DNA of 64,000 bases. It comes from a virus (taxonomy: Duplodnaviria > Heunggongvirae > Uroviricota > Caudoviricetes). The first letter of the stretch is position 1; every line of letters begins with the position of its first letter. Below, piece by piece: positions 27,105-36,703 of the stretch. The stretch lies in IMG/VR virus record IMGVR_UViG_3300029705_000072. One strand, written 5' to 3'. The position numbers and the translations under genes were made by a program. The notes under the pieces were generated by a model that saw nothing but the letters and a program-made list of their open reading frames with translations, had not been told where the DNA came from and ran no database searches.

Positions 27105-27386
27105 ATGAGATTCTTTTTATACGGCAATAGTGGTGGTATTGACAACGTAAAGAAAGAGTTGTCTAATCCAAAAGAAACATTTGAGACCATTAAAGATGCG
27201 TGTGCGGCATTGGTAGAACAAAGACTTAATGCGTTTGATATTGAAGATTTACATATTCGATACTATGGATATGATAAAAGAATTGAAAAGGATGTTTATC
27301 TAATAGCCACAAGTAGATACGGAAAAGAAGACTATATTAAAAAGTACGGGTGTCCACAGTTTGTCAGCTATATGGTGACGGTTTAA
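27105..27386 (+). CDS. hypothetical small protein
   Basis: ORF. Confidence 0.4.
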   Translation: MRFFLYGNSGGIDNVKKELSNPKETFETIKDACAALVEQRLNAFDIEDLHIRYYGYDKRIEKDVYLIATSRYGKEDYIKKYGCPQFVSYMVTV

Positions 27387-27505
27387 AAATAGAGTTTTAA
27401 GAGGTTATTATGATAAACTTTCAAACATTGCGAGTTGAATAAAACTGATATTTTATAAGGGGGTTTTAGGGTGATTTCGGCAATTTCTGTGATAAATTTG
27501 GTACT

Positions 27506-27847
27506 TTGGACGGTCCTGGGATGGATGATGGCCAGAATGAAGGACATCCCGAAGGCGCTTCACTGGCTTACATATGCGATGCTAATGATCCATCTCACCA
27601 AAGAAGTGCTGTTTTCGGTGGTTCTATGATGACTGTAAAGGATATACTCCCAGATAAACCGGTTGATGTTGAGGTAAGAACATACGGCCCGAACGGCGAG
27701 GACATTCTGTTCGGTATATGTTCGTGGGATTGTAAGAATCTGATCCCATGCGACGGAGATCTATACAGCGTGAATGAGTGCGTCATGAAGCATGAGTTTA
27801 TTGAGGACAGGCTTACGTACTGGATACACACAGAGTGGGGTGGTTGA
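27506..27847 (+). CDS. hypothetical protein
   Basis: ORF. Confidence 0.4.
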   Translation: MDGPGMDDGQNEGHPEGASLAYICDANDPSHQRSAVFGGSMMTVKDILPDKPVDVEVRTYGPNGEDILFGICSWDCKNLIPCDGDLYSVNECVMKHEFIEDRLTYWIHTEWGG

Positions 27848-27878
27848 GATTAGCGTAGTTAGAAAGATCAGGAGACTG

Positions 27879-28211
27879 ATGAGTAAGGAAATGCGGCAGT
27901 ACAAGCTGATGAACCTTCGCCACAGGATCGACCTGATGAAGGCGGTGTGGAAATTTAGAGAGTGGGACTTCTCGTTCACACACCGAATCGTTATGCTTGC
28001 CATCAAAGGAATGCATGAGTACTACTCAGAGGGAAACAACGTTTTCCAAACAGACGAAACAAGACTTCCAATTGTGGAGTCGCTGCAGCATATAATCGAT
28101 CAGAACGAAATATTAGAAGAAGACCTCGTTTCTGGCTTTGAGAAGTATGATGAGGTTATGAGTGATATCTACACCAGGATCGGCAAGGACTGCCCGCTCT
28201 GGTGGGACTAA
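27879..28211 (+). CDS. hypothetical protein
   Basis: RBS caggagactg. Confidence 0.45.
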   Translation: MSKEMRQYKLMNLRHRIDLMKAVWKFREWDFSFTHRIVMLAIKGMHEYYSEGNNVFQTDETRLPIVESLQHIIDQNEILEEDLVSGFEKYDEVMSDIYTRIGKDCPLWWD

Positions 28212-28288
28212 TTAAATACGTAAACCGTTAGCCCTGTTGAAAAAACAGGGCTTTTGTGATATATTAAAGGAAATAAAGGAGGAATTAT

Positions 28289-28642
28289 ATGGACATGGAT
28301 GGAGAGAAGAAATTACAGGAAGCATTGAATGCATTAAAGAATGTCATTGAGAAGGACGAAGAGGCTCACTCTGATATTAACCAGGAAAGAGTTGACCAGC
28401 TGATGTTCGCTTACAAGGCAATCAAAGCTTCCGTGTTCATGGCACCGGATATCAAGGTGTCATTAGAAAAGCACGCTCCTTATAAGAGCATGGGTAGCAT
28501 TTCTGTAGAAGGAGACACCATCGAGTTTAGTGATTCGAAGTGGTTCTCTAGGGCTACTGAATTCTGTGATAACGTAGAAATTCTTCCTTTGATAAATGGA
28601 AGAGTAAGGGTTGTATTTACATTCCACAACTTAACCAAATAA
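28289..28642 (+). CDS. hypothetical protein
   Basis: RBS AAAGGAGGAATTAT. Confidence 0.55.
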   Translation: MDMDGEKKLQEALNALKNVIEKDEEAHSDINQERVDQLMFAYKAIKASVFMAPDIKVSLEKHAPYKSMGSISVEGDTIEFSDSKWFSRATEFCDNVEILPLINGRVRVVFTFHNLTK

Positions 28643-28967
28643 GTATTGACTTTCGGGTACGATGTGGTACTATAAATACGAACAAAAGAACATGTAACGG
28701 TTCATTCAACACAAGAAAAATCCCAGAGCTGCTACTCTGGGATTTTTAATATTCTTGACCGCTTTACCAAAGTAAGGCAAGCAGCTGCCTTAGCAGCTCA
28801 AGAAATATCGAGGCTGCTATGCTGCCAAACATCGAGATCAAGAATTGACTAATGTAACGATTCAAATCAACACCTCCTTTCGTAACAAATTGCTTTTATA
28901 CGAAAGTACGGCAGCCTCGATATTTTACCATAAATTTATTCAGCTGTATATGTAAAAAGGAACTTTT

Positions 28968-29195
28968 ATGAACAAGGTAAGAAAGAAAGAGTTAAAAGTC
29001 GCTCTTGATTACATGCAATTAGCGCACGATAAGATAGAGGTTTTAAAGGACAAGGAATCTGATGTGATTGATTCATATCCTGAGAACCTGCAGGACACTG
29101 ATACGTATGAGGCGATGGAAAATGCCTACGACGCAATGGACGAAGCTCTGGATTATCTGTCAGACGCTATAAGCGAAATATCCAGCATATTATAA
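28968..29195 (+). CDS. hypothetical small protein
   Basis: ORF followed by a hairpin. Confidence 0.4.
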   Translation: MNKVRKKELKVALDYMQLAHDKIEVLKDKESDVIDSYPENLQDTDTYEAMENAYDAMDEALDYLSDAISEISSIL

Positions 29196-29205
29196 AGAAA
29201 AGCGG

Positions 29206-29961
29206 CTATATGCCGCTTTTCAAATATTCCGGTAAGGGAATGCTCGATTCGAGAAGAACTCTACCGTAGATCTTTACAAAAGAATTGTTGCAGTCGCCAA
29301 AGACGACGTTAGTATGTCTGAACTCGGGGTTTACAGATACGAGCTCCGGCACTCCGTCACGTTCGTAGTACTGTTTACAGTACATCGATCCGTCAACACT
29401 GAAGACGCCAACGTCTCCTACATCAAGGGTTTCGGTCCTCTGTACATAAGCTGTGTCTCCGTCGTTTAGATACGGAAACATACTATTCCCCTGTACCTTT
29501 ATCGCAAAATCTGCTTTAGCTGCAAGGCCAGAATCTCCAGGGATCATTTCGAAGTCATCAGATCCAAGAGGGAAGGATGAGCCGGCTGCAGCCGGTGTGA
29601 GATATTTCGGAATGTGTCTTCTTACCGGCGCTGGTTTTTCTGCTTCCTGCTTTTCCAGTTGCATTTTGCAGAGAGCCATAATAATCTTCTTGCCATTATG
29701 ATCAAGCTTTCTAAAATCCGAAAGGAACAGCGACTCTTCTGCGGAAAAAGAATGGTTGTTCGAATCCGTGGTACCAACAAGGTAGTCGGCGGATGTGTCA
29801 AGTGCATTGCAGATCTTGGGAAGCATTGAAGATGACGGAGAACTTGCTCCGGATTCCCATTTCTGAATTGTCACGGTGGACACGCCGAGTTCTTCGCTTA
29901 GTTCAAGCTGGGTTACCTTGTTAATAACGCGAAGAGCTTTTAATTTCTCATTAAAGTCCAT
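29206..29961 (-). CDS. CI-like repressor (XRE HTH + S24/LexA-like autopeptidase)
   Basis: N-terminal LKALRVINKVTQLELSEELGVSTVTIQKWESG; C-terminal GNSMFPYLNDGDTAYV plus downstream Lys; RBS AGGAGGTG. Confidence 0.8.
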   Translation of the reverse strand: MDFNEKLKALRVINKVTQLELSEELGVSTVTIQKWESGASSPSSSMLPKICNALDTSADYLVGTTDSNNHSFSAEESLFLSDFRKLDHNGKKIIMALCKMQLEKQEAEKPAPVRRHIPKYLTPAAAGSSFPLGSDDFEMIPGDSGLAAKADFAIKVQGNSMFPYLNDGDTAYVQRTETLDVGDVGVFSVDGSMYCKQYYERDGVPELVSVNPEFRHTNVVFGDCNNSFVKIYGRVLLESSIPLPEYLKSGI

Positions 29962-30278
29962 GAACACCTCCTATTATCTGATAATTCTTTGTCATTGACA
30001 GATATGATTCTTTGTGCTATCGTAAATGCAAACAAATGTTTTCTTGTGTTTACAATAACACAAATAAAAGTTTGTGTCAATTGTAAAAGAAAGAGCCCGC
30101 CAGGAGAAGGCGGGCTGATCCATCGGATTGCAGAAGGTATTGGAAAGAATATGCAATCCGGAGCTGCAGGCTATTGACCGGTAAATCATTATGTGTCAAC
30201 AACAGTATGGTCATAGCCATTGTCTCTAACCTGCAGTATACCATCGTCATAGTGTTTTTACAATGGAGGTAATGCAGG
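29962..30278. promoter_or_regulatory. lysogeny switch intergenic region with palindromic operators
   Basis: ttgtgtttacaataacacaa palindrome, ttgtgtcaattg, ctgtcaatgacaa; divergent genes on either side. Confidence 0.55.
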
Positions 30279-30599
30279 ATGAAGAAAAAAATGAACATTA
30301 ATGAATTTTGTACATATTGCAACGATACGGAGCCTTCAGCAATTACGTTTTGGAGTGACAACCAAATCAATTTTGTTGGTCGGTGCATAATGCGTATGGT
30401 TTTTGAAAGAATGGAGGTAAACCAAGATGGAAGAAGTATTTACCTATTTCACAAAAACGGCGGTGTTGTTAAGTTTGAATCCGTGCAGCATGTATTAGTG
30501 ACGCAAAATGACTGTTCAAAGAAAGTCAGTTTTGGAATTTCGTGTGAGGAAGACGCTGAAAAAAAGAATTATTTGTATGTAGTTGACGCTATAATCTAG
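30279..30599 (+). CDS. hypothetical protein (first rightward gene; Cro-position)
   Basis: 106-aa ORF divergent from the repressor. Confidence 0.45.
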   Translation: MKKKMNINEFCTYCNDTEPSAITFWSDNQINFVGRCIMRMVFERMEVNQDGRSIYLFHKNGGVVKFESVQHVLVTQNDCSKKVSFGISCEEDAEKKNYLYVVDAII

Positions 30600-30687
30600 C
30601 TATAAAACTTGAAAACGGGGGCTTGATTTTTAACACCGCTCAGTGTAGAATTTTATTAGGATTAGGGTTATTAACGGAGGTACTAAT

Positions 30688-31122
30688 ATGAATAGCGAAG
30701 GGAAATCTCGATCAGCGCCAAGAATTGGTGAAGTTTATTTAATGCGTTTTGACGGAGAGGGTAGCGAACAGAGTGGATGGAGACCCGGAGTTGTATTCCA
30801 GAACAATAAGGGTAATATATTTAGTCCAAATATAATAGCGCTGCCGCTGACGAGTGCAATAAAAAAAATTGGGCAACCAACACACGTATTAGTTAAGTCT
30901 GAAGACTCTGGGCTGAGAATGGACAGTCTTGTCTTGTGTGAAAACCCTCAGAGAATCTCAAAAGGTAAGGTAGGTCAATACATTACTACACTATCAGACG
31001 AATATATGAAGAAAATTGCGGAGGCGAGCTTAATTGCCACATCTGCAATATCATTCCTAGATCTTGATTCCATGATAAGTATCTGGGAAAGATCGTCTCT
31101 ACTAAACGGAGTTACGACATGA
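30688..31122 (+). CDS. MazF/PemK/EndoA-family mRNA interferase toxin
   Basis: GEVYLMRFDGEGSEQSGWRPGVVFQNNKGNIFSPNIIALPLTS...PTHVLV...GLRMDSLVLCE matches EndoA/MazF block by block. Confidence 0.75.
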   Translation: MNSEGKSRSAPRIGEVYLMRFDGEGSEQSGWRPGVVFQNNKGNIFSPNIIALPLTSAIKKIGQPTHVLVKSEDSGLRMDSLVLCENPQRISKGKVGQYITTLSDEYMKKIAEASLIATSAISFLDLDSMISIWERSSLLNGVTT

Positions 31123-32078
31123 ACATCAATCAGAATGATTTCGACAAGTTAAGAGCAGAATTCATAGACACAACAATTATAGATAGTTCAATATCTAACG
31201 TTGTTATAAGAATGTTTAATAAGGTCGGTGCGTATGAAAAAAGAACCGGGCTTCAATTTGAATACTGCGATAATGTAAAAAGAGACGAAATCATCTGTGA
31301 TATTATTGAAAATGAGTATAGGAAAACGAGGGAAAGATACGGTATCCTTTACTATTTTTTGATGGAATACATTAAATGGCTCGCTGTTGAAAAGAACCAG
31401 ATGGCGAACCAGTGGGGTGTAAGAAAAAATGGGAGGTATGTAGATTTATTCAAAACCAGATATTTCTACGACGACAAGGCTCTGAGCAAGTCAATAAAAC
31501 TATTGTTTGGTGATTTTGAGGAAAAATCTGTTAATCAGATTCACATGGCAGCGATATGGTTAATCTATGCCGGTGTAAAGAAAAAGGATCTTGAGAAAAT
31601 AACCACATCTGATGTTGACTTGGATAACAAACTTGTGTTTGTCAATGGGTGTGCCTACAAGATACATGACAGGGCTGTTGAAGCAATATCATCACTGATA
31701 AAGAACGATGTTTTGCTCATAAATAGAACCGATCACTACACAAAAGTGATTCGTTGTGAAGGAAATCAGCTTTTAAGAAGAGATAAGCCGTATGATTTTG
31801 ACACAACATTAGAAGCGTTAAAAACCTACGCTGGTCGTATAAGACGGAACGGGGTGGACGAGTACAATGATTCGTATGTATTCCCGACATATGACAGTAT
31901 AAGAGAATCTGGTTTGTTTTATAACATATACAAAGAAGAGTTACTTGGTATACAGCCAGGTAGACTTAGCTTTGTGCTGGATGGCGCCGGATCCGGAAGG
32001 GATCTCGGTAGAATTGAATATAAATCACTAAAACTCATTGCAAAGTATTATTTGTGGAAAATAACTTTTGTTCTGTAG
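31119..32078 (+). CDS. hypothetical protein (319 aa) translationally coupled to the MazF-like gene
   Basis: ATGA overlap with upstream stop. Confidence 0.55.
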   Translation: MNINQNDFDKLRAEFIDTTIIDSSISNVVIRMFNKVGAYEKRTGLQFEYCDNVKRDEIICDIIENEYRKTRERYGILYYFLMEYIKWLAVEKNQMANQWGVRKNGRYVDLFKTRYFYDDKALSKSIKLLFGDFEEKSVNQIHMAAIWLIYAGVKKKDLEKITTSDVDLDNKLVFVNGCAYKIHDRAVEAISSLIKNDVLLINRTDHYTKVIRCEGNQLLRRDKPYDFDTTLEALKTYAGRIRRNGVDEYNDSYVFPTYDSIRESGLFYNIYKEELLGIQPGRLSFVLDGAGSGRDLGRIEYKSLKLIAKYYLWKITFVL

Positions 32079-32136
32079 TCGAATAAAACCGGAGGAAATT
32101 CTTCCGGTTTTATTACAATATAAGTGAGGTATGTTT

Positions 32137-32727
32137 ATGTGGGATACATTATTTTTATATGGAATAGCTTCATTTATAAGTAAGATATTTAAAAGAAAAG
32201 AGGAGTCTGATTCTAGTAAGCGGATATCATCAATTAGAGAAATAGAAGCCACTCTGGTAAACAAGCAATTAGAAGAGGAACTTGAGAGGGCCGTGAACGA
32301 TCCACGGAATTACGATCGCCTTAGGGAGATTATCAAACCGATATATGATAGTATGTCTCCACCGGTTGATTTTGATTCCCTTTGTATATACTGGAGTCAG
32401 GTTGAGTCTTATAAGGGTGAAAAACGTAAGGTCAAATCAGGACAGAGGTATATGAATATAAAACGTATAATGTACATCCTGATGACGCGACGAGGATATT
32501 TGCCAGAATTTACGGCGACTTTTGGATTTGATGTGGATAGGAATGATCCATATAGAACTGTATTAGATTATGGAAGAAAAATGCTTCGAGAAAGAAGAAG
32601 TATTGTGTATGAGGGGTTTTCGCCGAGAGAATATGGTAGTGGTGAGACATACGAGGACGGGGCGCCTGGAACATTTTACTTTAACGGCAAGGGCGATAAC
32701 GTAAGAGTTATCAATACAAGGCAGTAG
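32137..32727 (+). CDS. hypothetical protein, tandem paralog A
   Basis: MWDTLFLYGIASFISKIFKRK...YDSMSPPVDFDSLCIYW. Confidence 0.55.
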   Translation: MWDTLFLYGIASFISKIFKRKEESDSSKRISSIREIEATLVNKQLEEELERAVNDPRNYDRLREIIKPIYDSMSPPVDFDSLCIYWSQVESYKGEKRKVKSGQRYMNIKRIMYILMTRRGYLPEFTATFGFDVDRNDPYRTVLDYGRKMLRERRSIVYEGFSPREYGSGETYEDGAPGTFYFNGKGDNVRVINTRQ

Positions 32728-32738
32728 TAGGAGTTGTT

Positions 32739-33299
32739 ATGTGGGATACATTTTTTCTATACGGACTAGTTTCATTGATTGGAAAGTTCTTCAAAAAACG
32801 AGACGAGAAAAAGTATAATGACTGGGTTGCATCGGTTGATAAAGAGATAGAAAAGCTGACAAACAAACAACTAGAGGAAGAGGTTTGGCTGTTTATGCAA
32901 GATAAAAATAACTACGAAGAACTGCGCGGAATTATTAAGCCGATATACGATAGCCTTCCCCGTCCAATCAACTTTGATACGCAATGTATATATTGGGAAG
33001 ATGCCAATAGATATAGGGGCGAAAAAAGGACAATGATGATGGACTCTTGGAGTAGGAACAGAGATCGTATCATATTCATTCTAATGGTAAGAAAAGGATA
33101 TTTACCGAGAACCGTTGCGGTCTCTGGATATCGTGTATATAGAAATGATTATAACAATAGAGCGATCTTGGAATATGGTAGACGCGAATTATTTAAAAAC
33201 AGAAATGACATAAATGAAGAATTTCTGTTAAGTCCGGACTTCAACGAAGGAAGATACGAAGATGGACTTCCCGGAACGCTTTATTTCAGCAGGGTTTGA
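32739..33299 (+). CDS. hypothetical protein, tandem paralog B
   Basis: MWDTFFLYGLVSLIGKFFKKR...YDSLPRPINFDTQCIYW. Confidence 0.55.
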   Translation: MWDTFFLYGLVSLIGKFFKKRDEKKYNDWVASVDKEIEKLTNKQLEEEVWLFMQDKNNYEELRGIIKPIYDSLPRPINFDTQCIYWEDANRYRGEKRTMMMDSWSRNRDRIIFILMVRKGYLPRTVAVSGYRVYRNDYNNRAILEYGRRELFKNRNDINEEFLLSPDFNEGRYEDGLPGTLYFSRV

Positions 33300-33435
33300 G
33301 ATAATGTTATTTCGTTGTACCGACAGTCAAGTAGTTAGGATAAAGTAACACATTATTTAGTAAAATAATACAAGAAGGCTCGCACGGGCCTTCTTTTTAT
33401 ATAGAGAATCTAGAGTACAAAAGGAGGTAAAAGAA

Positions 33436-34137
33436 ATGGGAAACGAATCCCTAAACATCTACCAGCGACTTGCCATTATAGGGAAATCGGTAGATGTAAT
33501 GAAGAAAAACACAAAAGCATACGGCTATAACTATGTCAGAGAAGAAGACATACTGACGAGAATTAAGGCTCGTATGGAAAAGCAGGACGTATCTCTAATT
33601 CCGCAGATCGTACCAGGCACACTCAAAGTAATCCCGTACACATACGGAAAAACAAAGGCAATGCAAAACGGAACTATTTACGAAGAAAAGGTAAATGAAG
33701 TCCTGATTTCAGCTGATATGGTGTGGCGATGGATCTGTAATGACAACCCAAAAGAGTATGTTGATATTCCCTGGGGAATGGTCGGACAGCAATCCGATGC
33801 GTCTCAGAGTTTTGGCTCCGGTCTTACATACTCGTCAAGATACTTCCTGTTGAAGTATTTTAATGTCGCAACATCTAACGATGATCCAGACAAACTGCGT
33901 AGTGACCAGAAGAAGTCAGAAGCAGAGATGAGTAAGCTGATGACAGAAGAAATTATCGAGGCGATCGATTCAGAGGTACGTGGATTCCTTGGAGAAAACC
34001 CGGGGAAATCTGATGAAGTGAAGAAGTTTATGTCCGAATATGTAAAAGAGGGAAATTACAAGAAGGTAACCGAACCAAGAGTTGCCGGTAAGATCCTGTC
34101 AGACTTCAAAGAAAAGTTTGGGTCTGTAAGTAAATAA
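33436..34137 (+). CDS. ERF-family single-strand annealing protein (recombinase)
   Basis: position upstream of SSB; N-terminal resemblance to Erf. Confidence 0.55.
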   Translation: MGNESLNIYQRLAIIGKSVDVMKKNTKAYGYNYVREEDILTRIKARMEKQDVSLIPQIVPGTLKVIPYTYGKTKAMQNGTIYEEKVNEVLISADMVWRWICNDNPKEYVDIPWGMVGQQSDASQSFGSGLTYSSRYFLLKYFNVATSNDDPDKLRSDQKKSEAEMSKLMTEEIIEAIDSEVRGFLGENPGKSDEVKKFMSEYVKEGNYKKVTEPRVAGKILSDFKEKFGSVSK

Positions 34138-34193
34138 TGTTCAGTTAGGCCAAAGGCCTTTTTTTATTGCCTAAAATTAAGGAGGTATGAATT

Positions 34194-34559
34194 ATGGGAT
34201 TTTCAAATGGTTCCTATGCAAAGGTATGGGAGGTTGTAGAGGTATTAGAAAAGAGAGCTAAGCTTCGTATTTCTGTCAGCAAGAAAAACAAGATGACCGA
34301 TAAGTATGAGACAAAGTTTTCTGGTTTTGTAAATGTGTACGGAGGCGCTCTAATGGATAAGGTTAAGCAGCTGAACGAAGGTGATCGAATCAAACTTATA
34401 AGCGTAGACCTGGAAAACAACTACGACAAGGACAAGAAGATTACATACTGGACTCCCATTATCTTTGATTTTGAAACCGATTCGTCTGAACCTAAGGAAA
34501 CCTATGCAACTCTTGACGAAGGCCCTGAAGGTGACGAGGACGACGACCTGCCGTTCTAG
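34194..34559 (+). CDS. ssb: single-stranded DNA-binding protein
   Basis: OB-fold-sized ORF with acidic C-terminal tail ending DDDLPF. Confidence 0.75.
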   Translation: MGFSNGSYAKVWEVVEVLEKRAKLRISVSKKNKMTDKYETKFSGFVNVYGGALMDKVKQLNEGDRIKLISVDLENNYDKDKKITYWTPIIFDFETDSSEPKETYATLDEGPEGDEDDDLPF

Positions 34560-34566
34560 CTGATAA

Positions 34567-35349
34567 ATGAATGGTGTGAATTATGCTCCGGTCATCGATG
34601 AGATGACCTGGAGTTATTCTCGGATAAAAACCTTTGATGACTGTCCATATAAGTGGTATTTGACGTACATCATGGAGTTCAGTGGAAGAGATATGTTCTT
34701 CTCCGGCTTCGGTTCGTTGATGCACGAACTGATCGAAAAGTTCTATAAAGAGGGAAAGAGCGCCGAGTATCTGGCGCTCGAGTACCTTTCTAGATTTTAC
34801 GATGATGTTCCAAGAAATGCTCCGAGCGTTAAGGTTTTCGAAAACTATTTTACGGACGGACTAAGGTATTTGCGCGGAATTCAAAGAGTGCCGTACGAAG
34901 TCATTGGCGTTGAAGAAAAAATAGAGTTTGAAATCAGCGGAAAAAAGTTCGTTGGCATTCTTGACCTTATAGCGAAAGACGATAGCGGGGTTTTAATCAT
35001 TGACAACAAGTCCAGAAAACTAAAGCCGCGCAGCAAGAAGAGAGTTCCAACAAAGAGCGATCTTGAACTGGATGACTACCTACGACAGCTTTACTTGTAT
35101 TCCGTCGGTCTCAGAGCCTCTCATGGACTCGAAACCACATCCCTATGCTTCAATTGCTTTAGAGAAAACCTATTTATTAAAGAAAAGTTTCACCAGGAAG
35201 CATGCGATGAGGCAGTCAACTGGGCTCTTGAGAAAATAGAGCAAATCAGAAAAACCGAAGATTTTAAACCGAGAATGGATTTTTTCAAATGCAGATATCT
35301 GTGCGAAATGAACGAACACTGCGAGTATTACCAGATCAACAACACATAG
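34567..35349 (+). CDS. PD-(D/E)xK nuclease, Cas4/RecB-like with 4-Cys cluster
   Basis: IIDNKS (D/ExK), N-terminal DDCPYKW Cys plus C-terminal C...CRYLC...C cluster. Confidence 0.65.
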   Translation: MNGVNYAPVIDEMTWSYSRIKTFDDCPYKWYLTYIMEFSGRDMFFSGFGSLMHELIEKFYKEGKSAEYLALEYLSRFYDDVPRNAPSVKVFENYFTDGLRYLRGIQRVPYEVIGVEEKIEFEISGKKFVGILDLIAKDDSGVLIIDNKSRKLKPRSKKRVPTKSDLELDDYLRQLYLYSVGLRASHGLETTSLCFNCFRENLFIKEKFHQEACDEAVNWALEKIEQIRKTEDFKPRMDFFKCRYLCEMNEHCEYYQINNT

Positions 35350-35364
35350 AACGGGGGTGTTCAG

Positions 35365-36696
35365 ATGGGTGCCATTGATATCAATGACATCAGCAGCGAG
35401 GCTGGGGTCGTCGCGTCGGCGATTCTGAAACCTGAGCTGGTTTTTTATTCAGAACAGCTAAGCCCTAATCACTTCACGAACGAAGCAAACGCATATATGT
35501 ACTACGCAATATGCGAGCTTGCCAAGCGTGGCGTGGAGCATATTGACGCATATAACATCACAAACGCTCTGAATGCGAAGGCAGCAACAAGAGCAAAGGC
35601 AGATACGATACTGTCTATACAGGCAATTAACGAGTTCATTGAGAACGCATCCACAATCGCACGTAGAACCCCTGAGGAATACAAGATGATCGTGGACTCC
35701 GTTATGAACGCTGCGTTTAGACGGAACACCTACAAGAAACTCGTCGAATGTGAAAGTATCTGCTTCAACACAAACGAAAAGGAAATCGAACAGAAAATAT
35801 ACGAGGTTTTGGACGGCGTGATGCTGGAGTACTCAACTGCCACAGAGGTGCCGGCATACAAAGATGTTGTCGAAGACCTGTGGTCAGAGATCAAACTGCG
35901 ACAGACAAACGGCGATTCAGGAATTCCATTTAAGTTCCCGACCTTGAACGAGTACGTACGAATCGAACCAGGAGAACTGATAGTCTTTGCCGCAGAAGCA
36001 AAGCAAGGCAAGAGCATGATGCTTCTGAACTGTGCGGTAGACCTCATGAGAAAGGGAAAGAAGGTAATGTATATAGACAGCGAGCTCAACAGCAGACTGT
36101 TTACATGCAGAATTATCTCCCACATTACAGGTATTGAGTTCGCAAGGGTTCGCAGCGGCGACTACGACGAAGAAGAAGATAAGCGGATCAACGCAGCGGT
36201 AGATTGGCTGAAGCAACAGAACCTAACCCACCTGTATATGCCAATGTTCGATGCGAAAACAATCTTTACTACGGTCAAGAAGGTCAAGCACTCACAGGGT
36301 CTTGACGTTCTGATCATAGACTACTTTAAGTCTAGCGGTGAGGGCGATGCGTTCGCGTCGTACCAAGAACTTGGTAGACTAGTGGATATTGTAAAGAACC
36401 AGATCTGCGGGGATATGAACATTGCCGGTATCGGTGCTGCACAGGCAACCGTAAATGGTCGTGTGGCAGATAGCGCAAAGATAGGTCGAAACGCGTCTAC
36501 AATTATTATCATTCAGGACAAGACGCCTGATGAGGTAGAGGCAGATGGTGTAGCGTGCGGGAATAAGAAAATGCGGATAGTTTTAAATAGAAACGGTCCT
36601 CAGATGGCTCCGGACGAATACATAGACCTGCAGTTTACCGGAAACCTCATTAGATATGAGGAAGCAAAACAACACGTACAACAAGAACCATATTAA
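35365..36696 (+). CDS. dnaB: replicative DNA helicase (DnaB family)
   Basis: DnaB N-domain; Walker A AAEAKQGKSMMLLN; RecA-like core. Confidence 0.8.
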   Translation: MGAIDINDISSEAGVVASAILKPELVFYSEQLSPNHFTNEANAYMYYAICELAKRGVEHIDAYNITNALNAKAATRAKADTILSIQAINEFIENASTIARRTPEEYKMIVDSVMNAAFRRNTYKKLVECESICFNTNEKEIEQKIYEVLDGVMLEYSTATEVPAYKDVVEDLWSEIKLRQTNGDSGIPFKFPTLNEYVRIEPGELIVFAAEAKQGKSMMLLNCAVDLMRKGKKVMYIDSELNSRLFTCRIISHITGIEFARVRSGDYDEEEDKRINAAVDWLKQQNLTHLYMPMFDAKTIFTTVKKVKHSQGLDVLIIDYFKSSGEGDAFASYQELGRLVDIVKNQICGDMNIAGIGAAQATVNGRVADSAKIGRNASTIIIIQDKTPDEVEADGVACGNKKMRIVLNRNGPQMAPDEYIDLQFTGNLIRYEEAKQHVQQEPY

Positions 36697-36703
36697 GTAG
36701 GAG

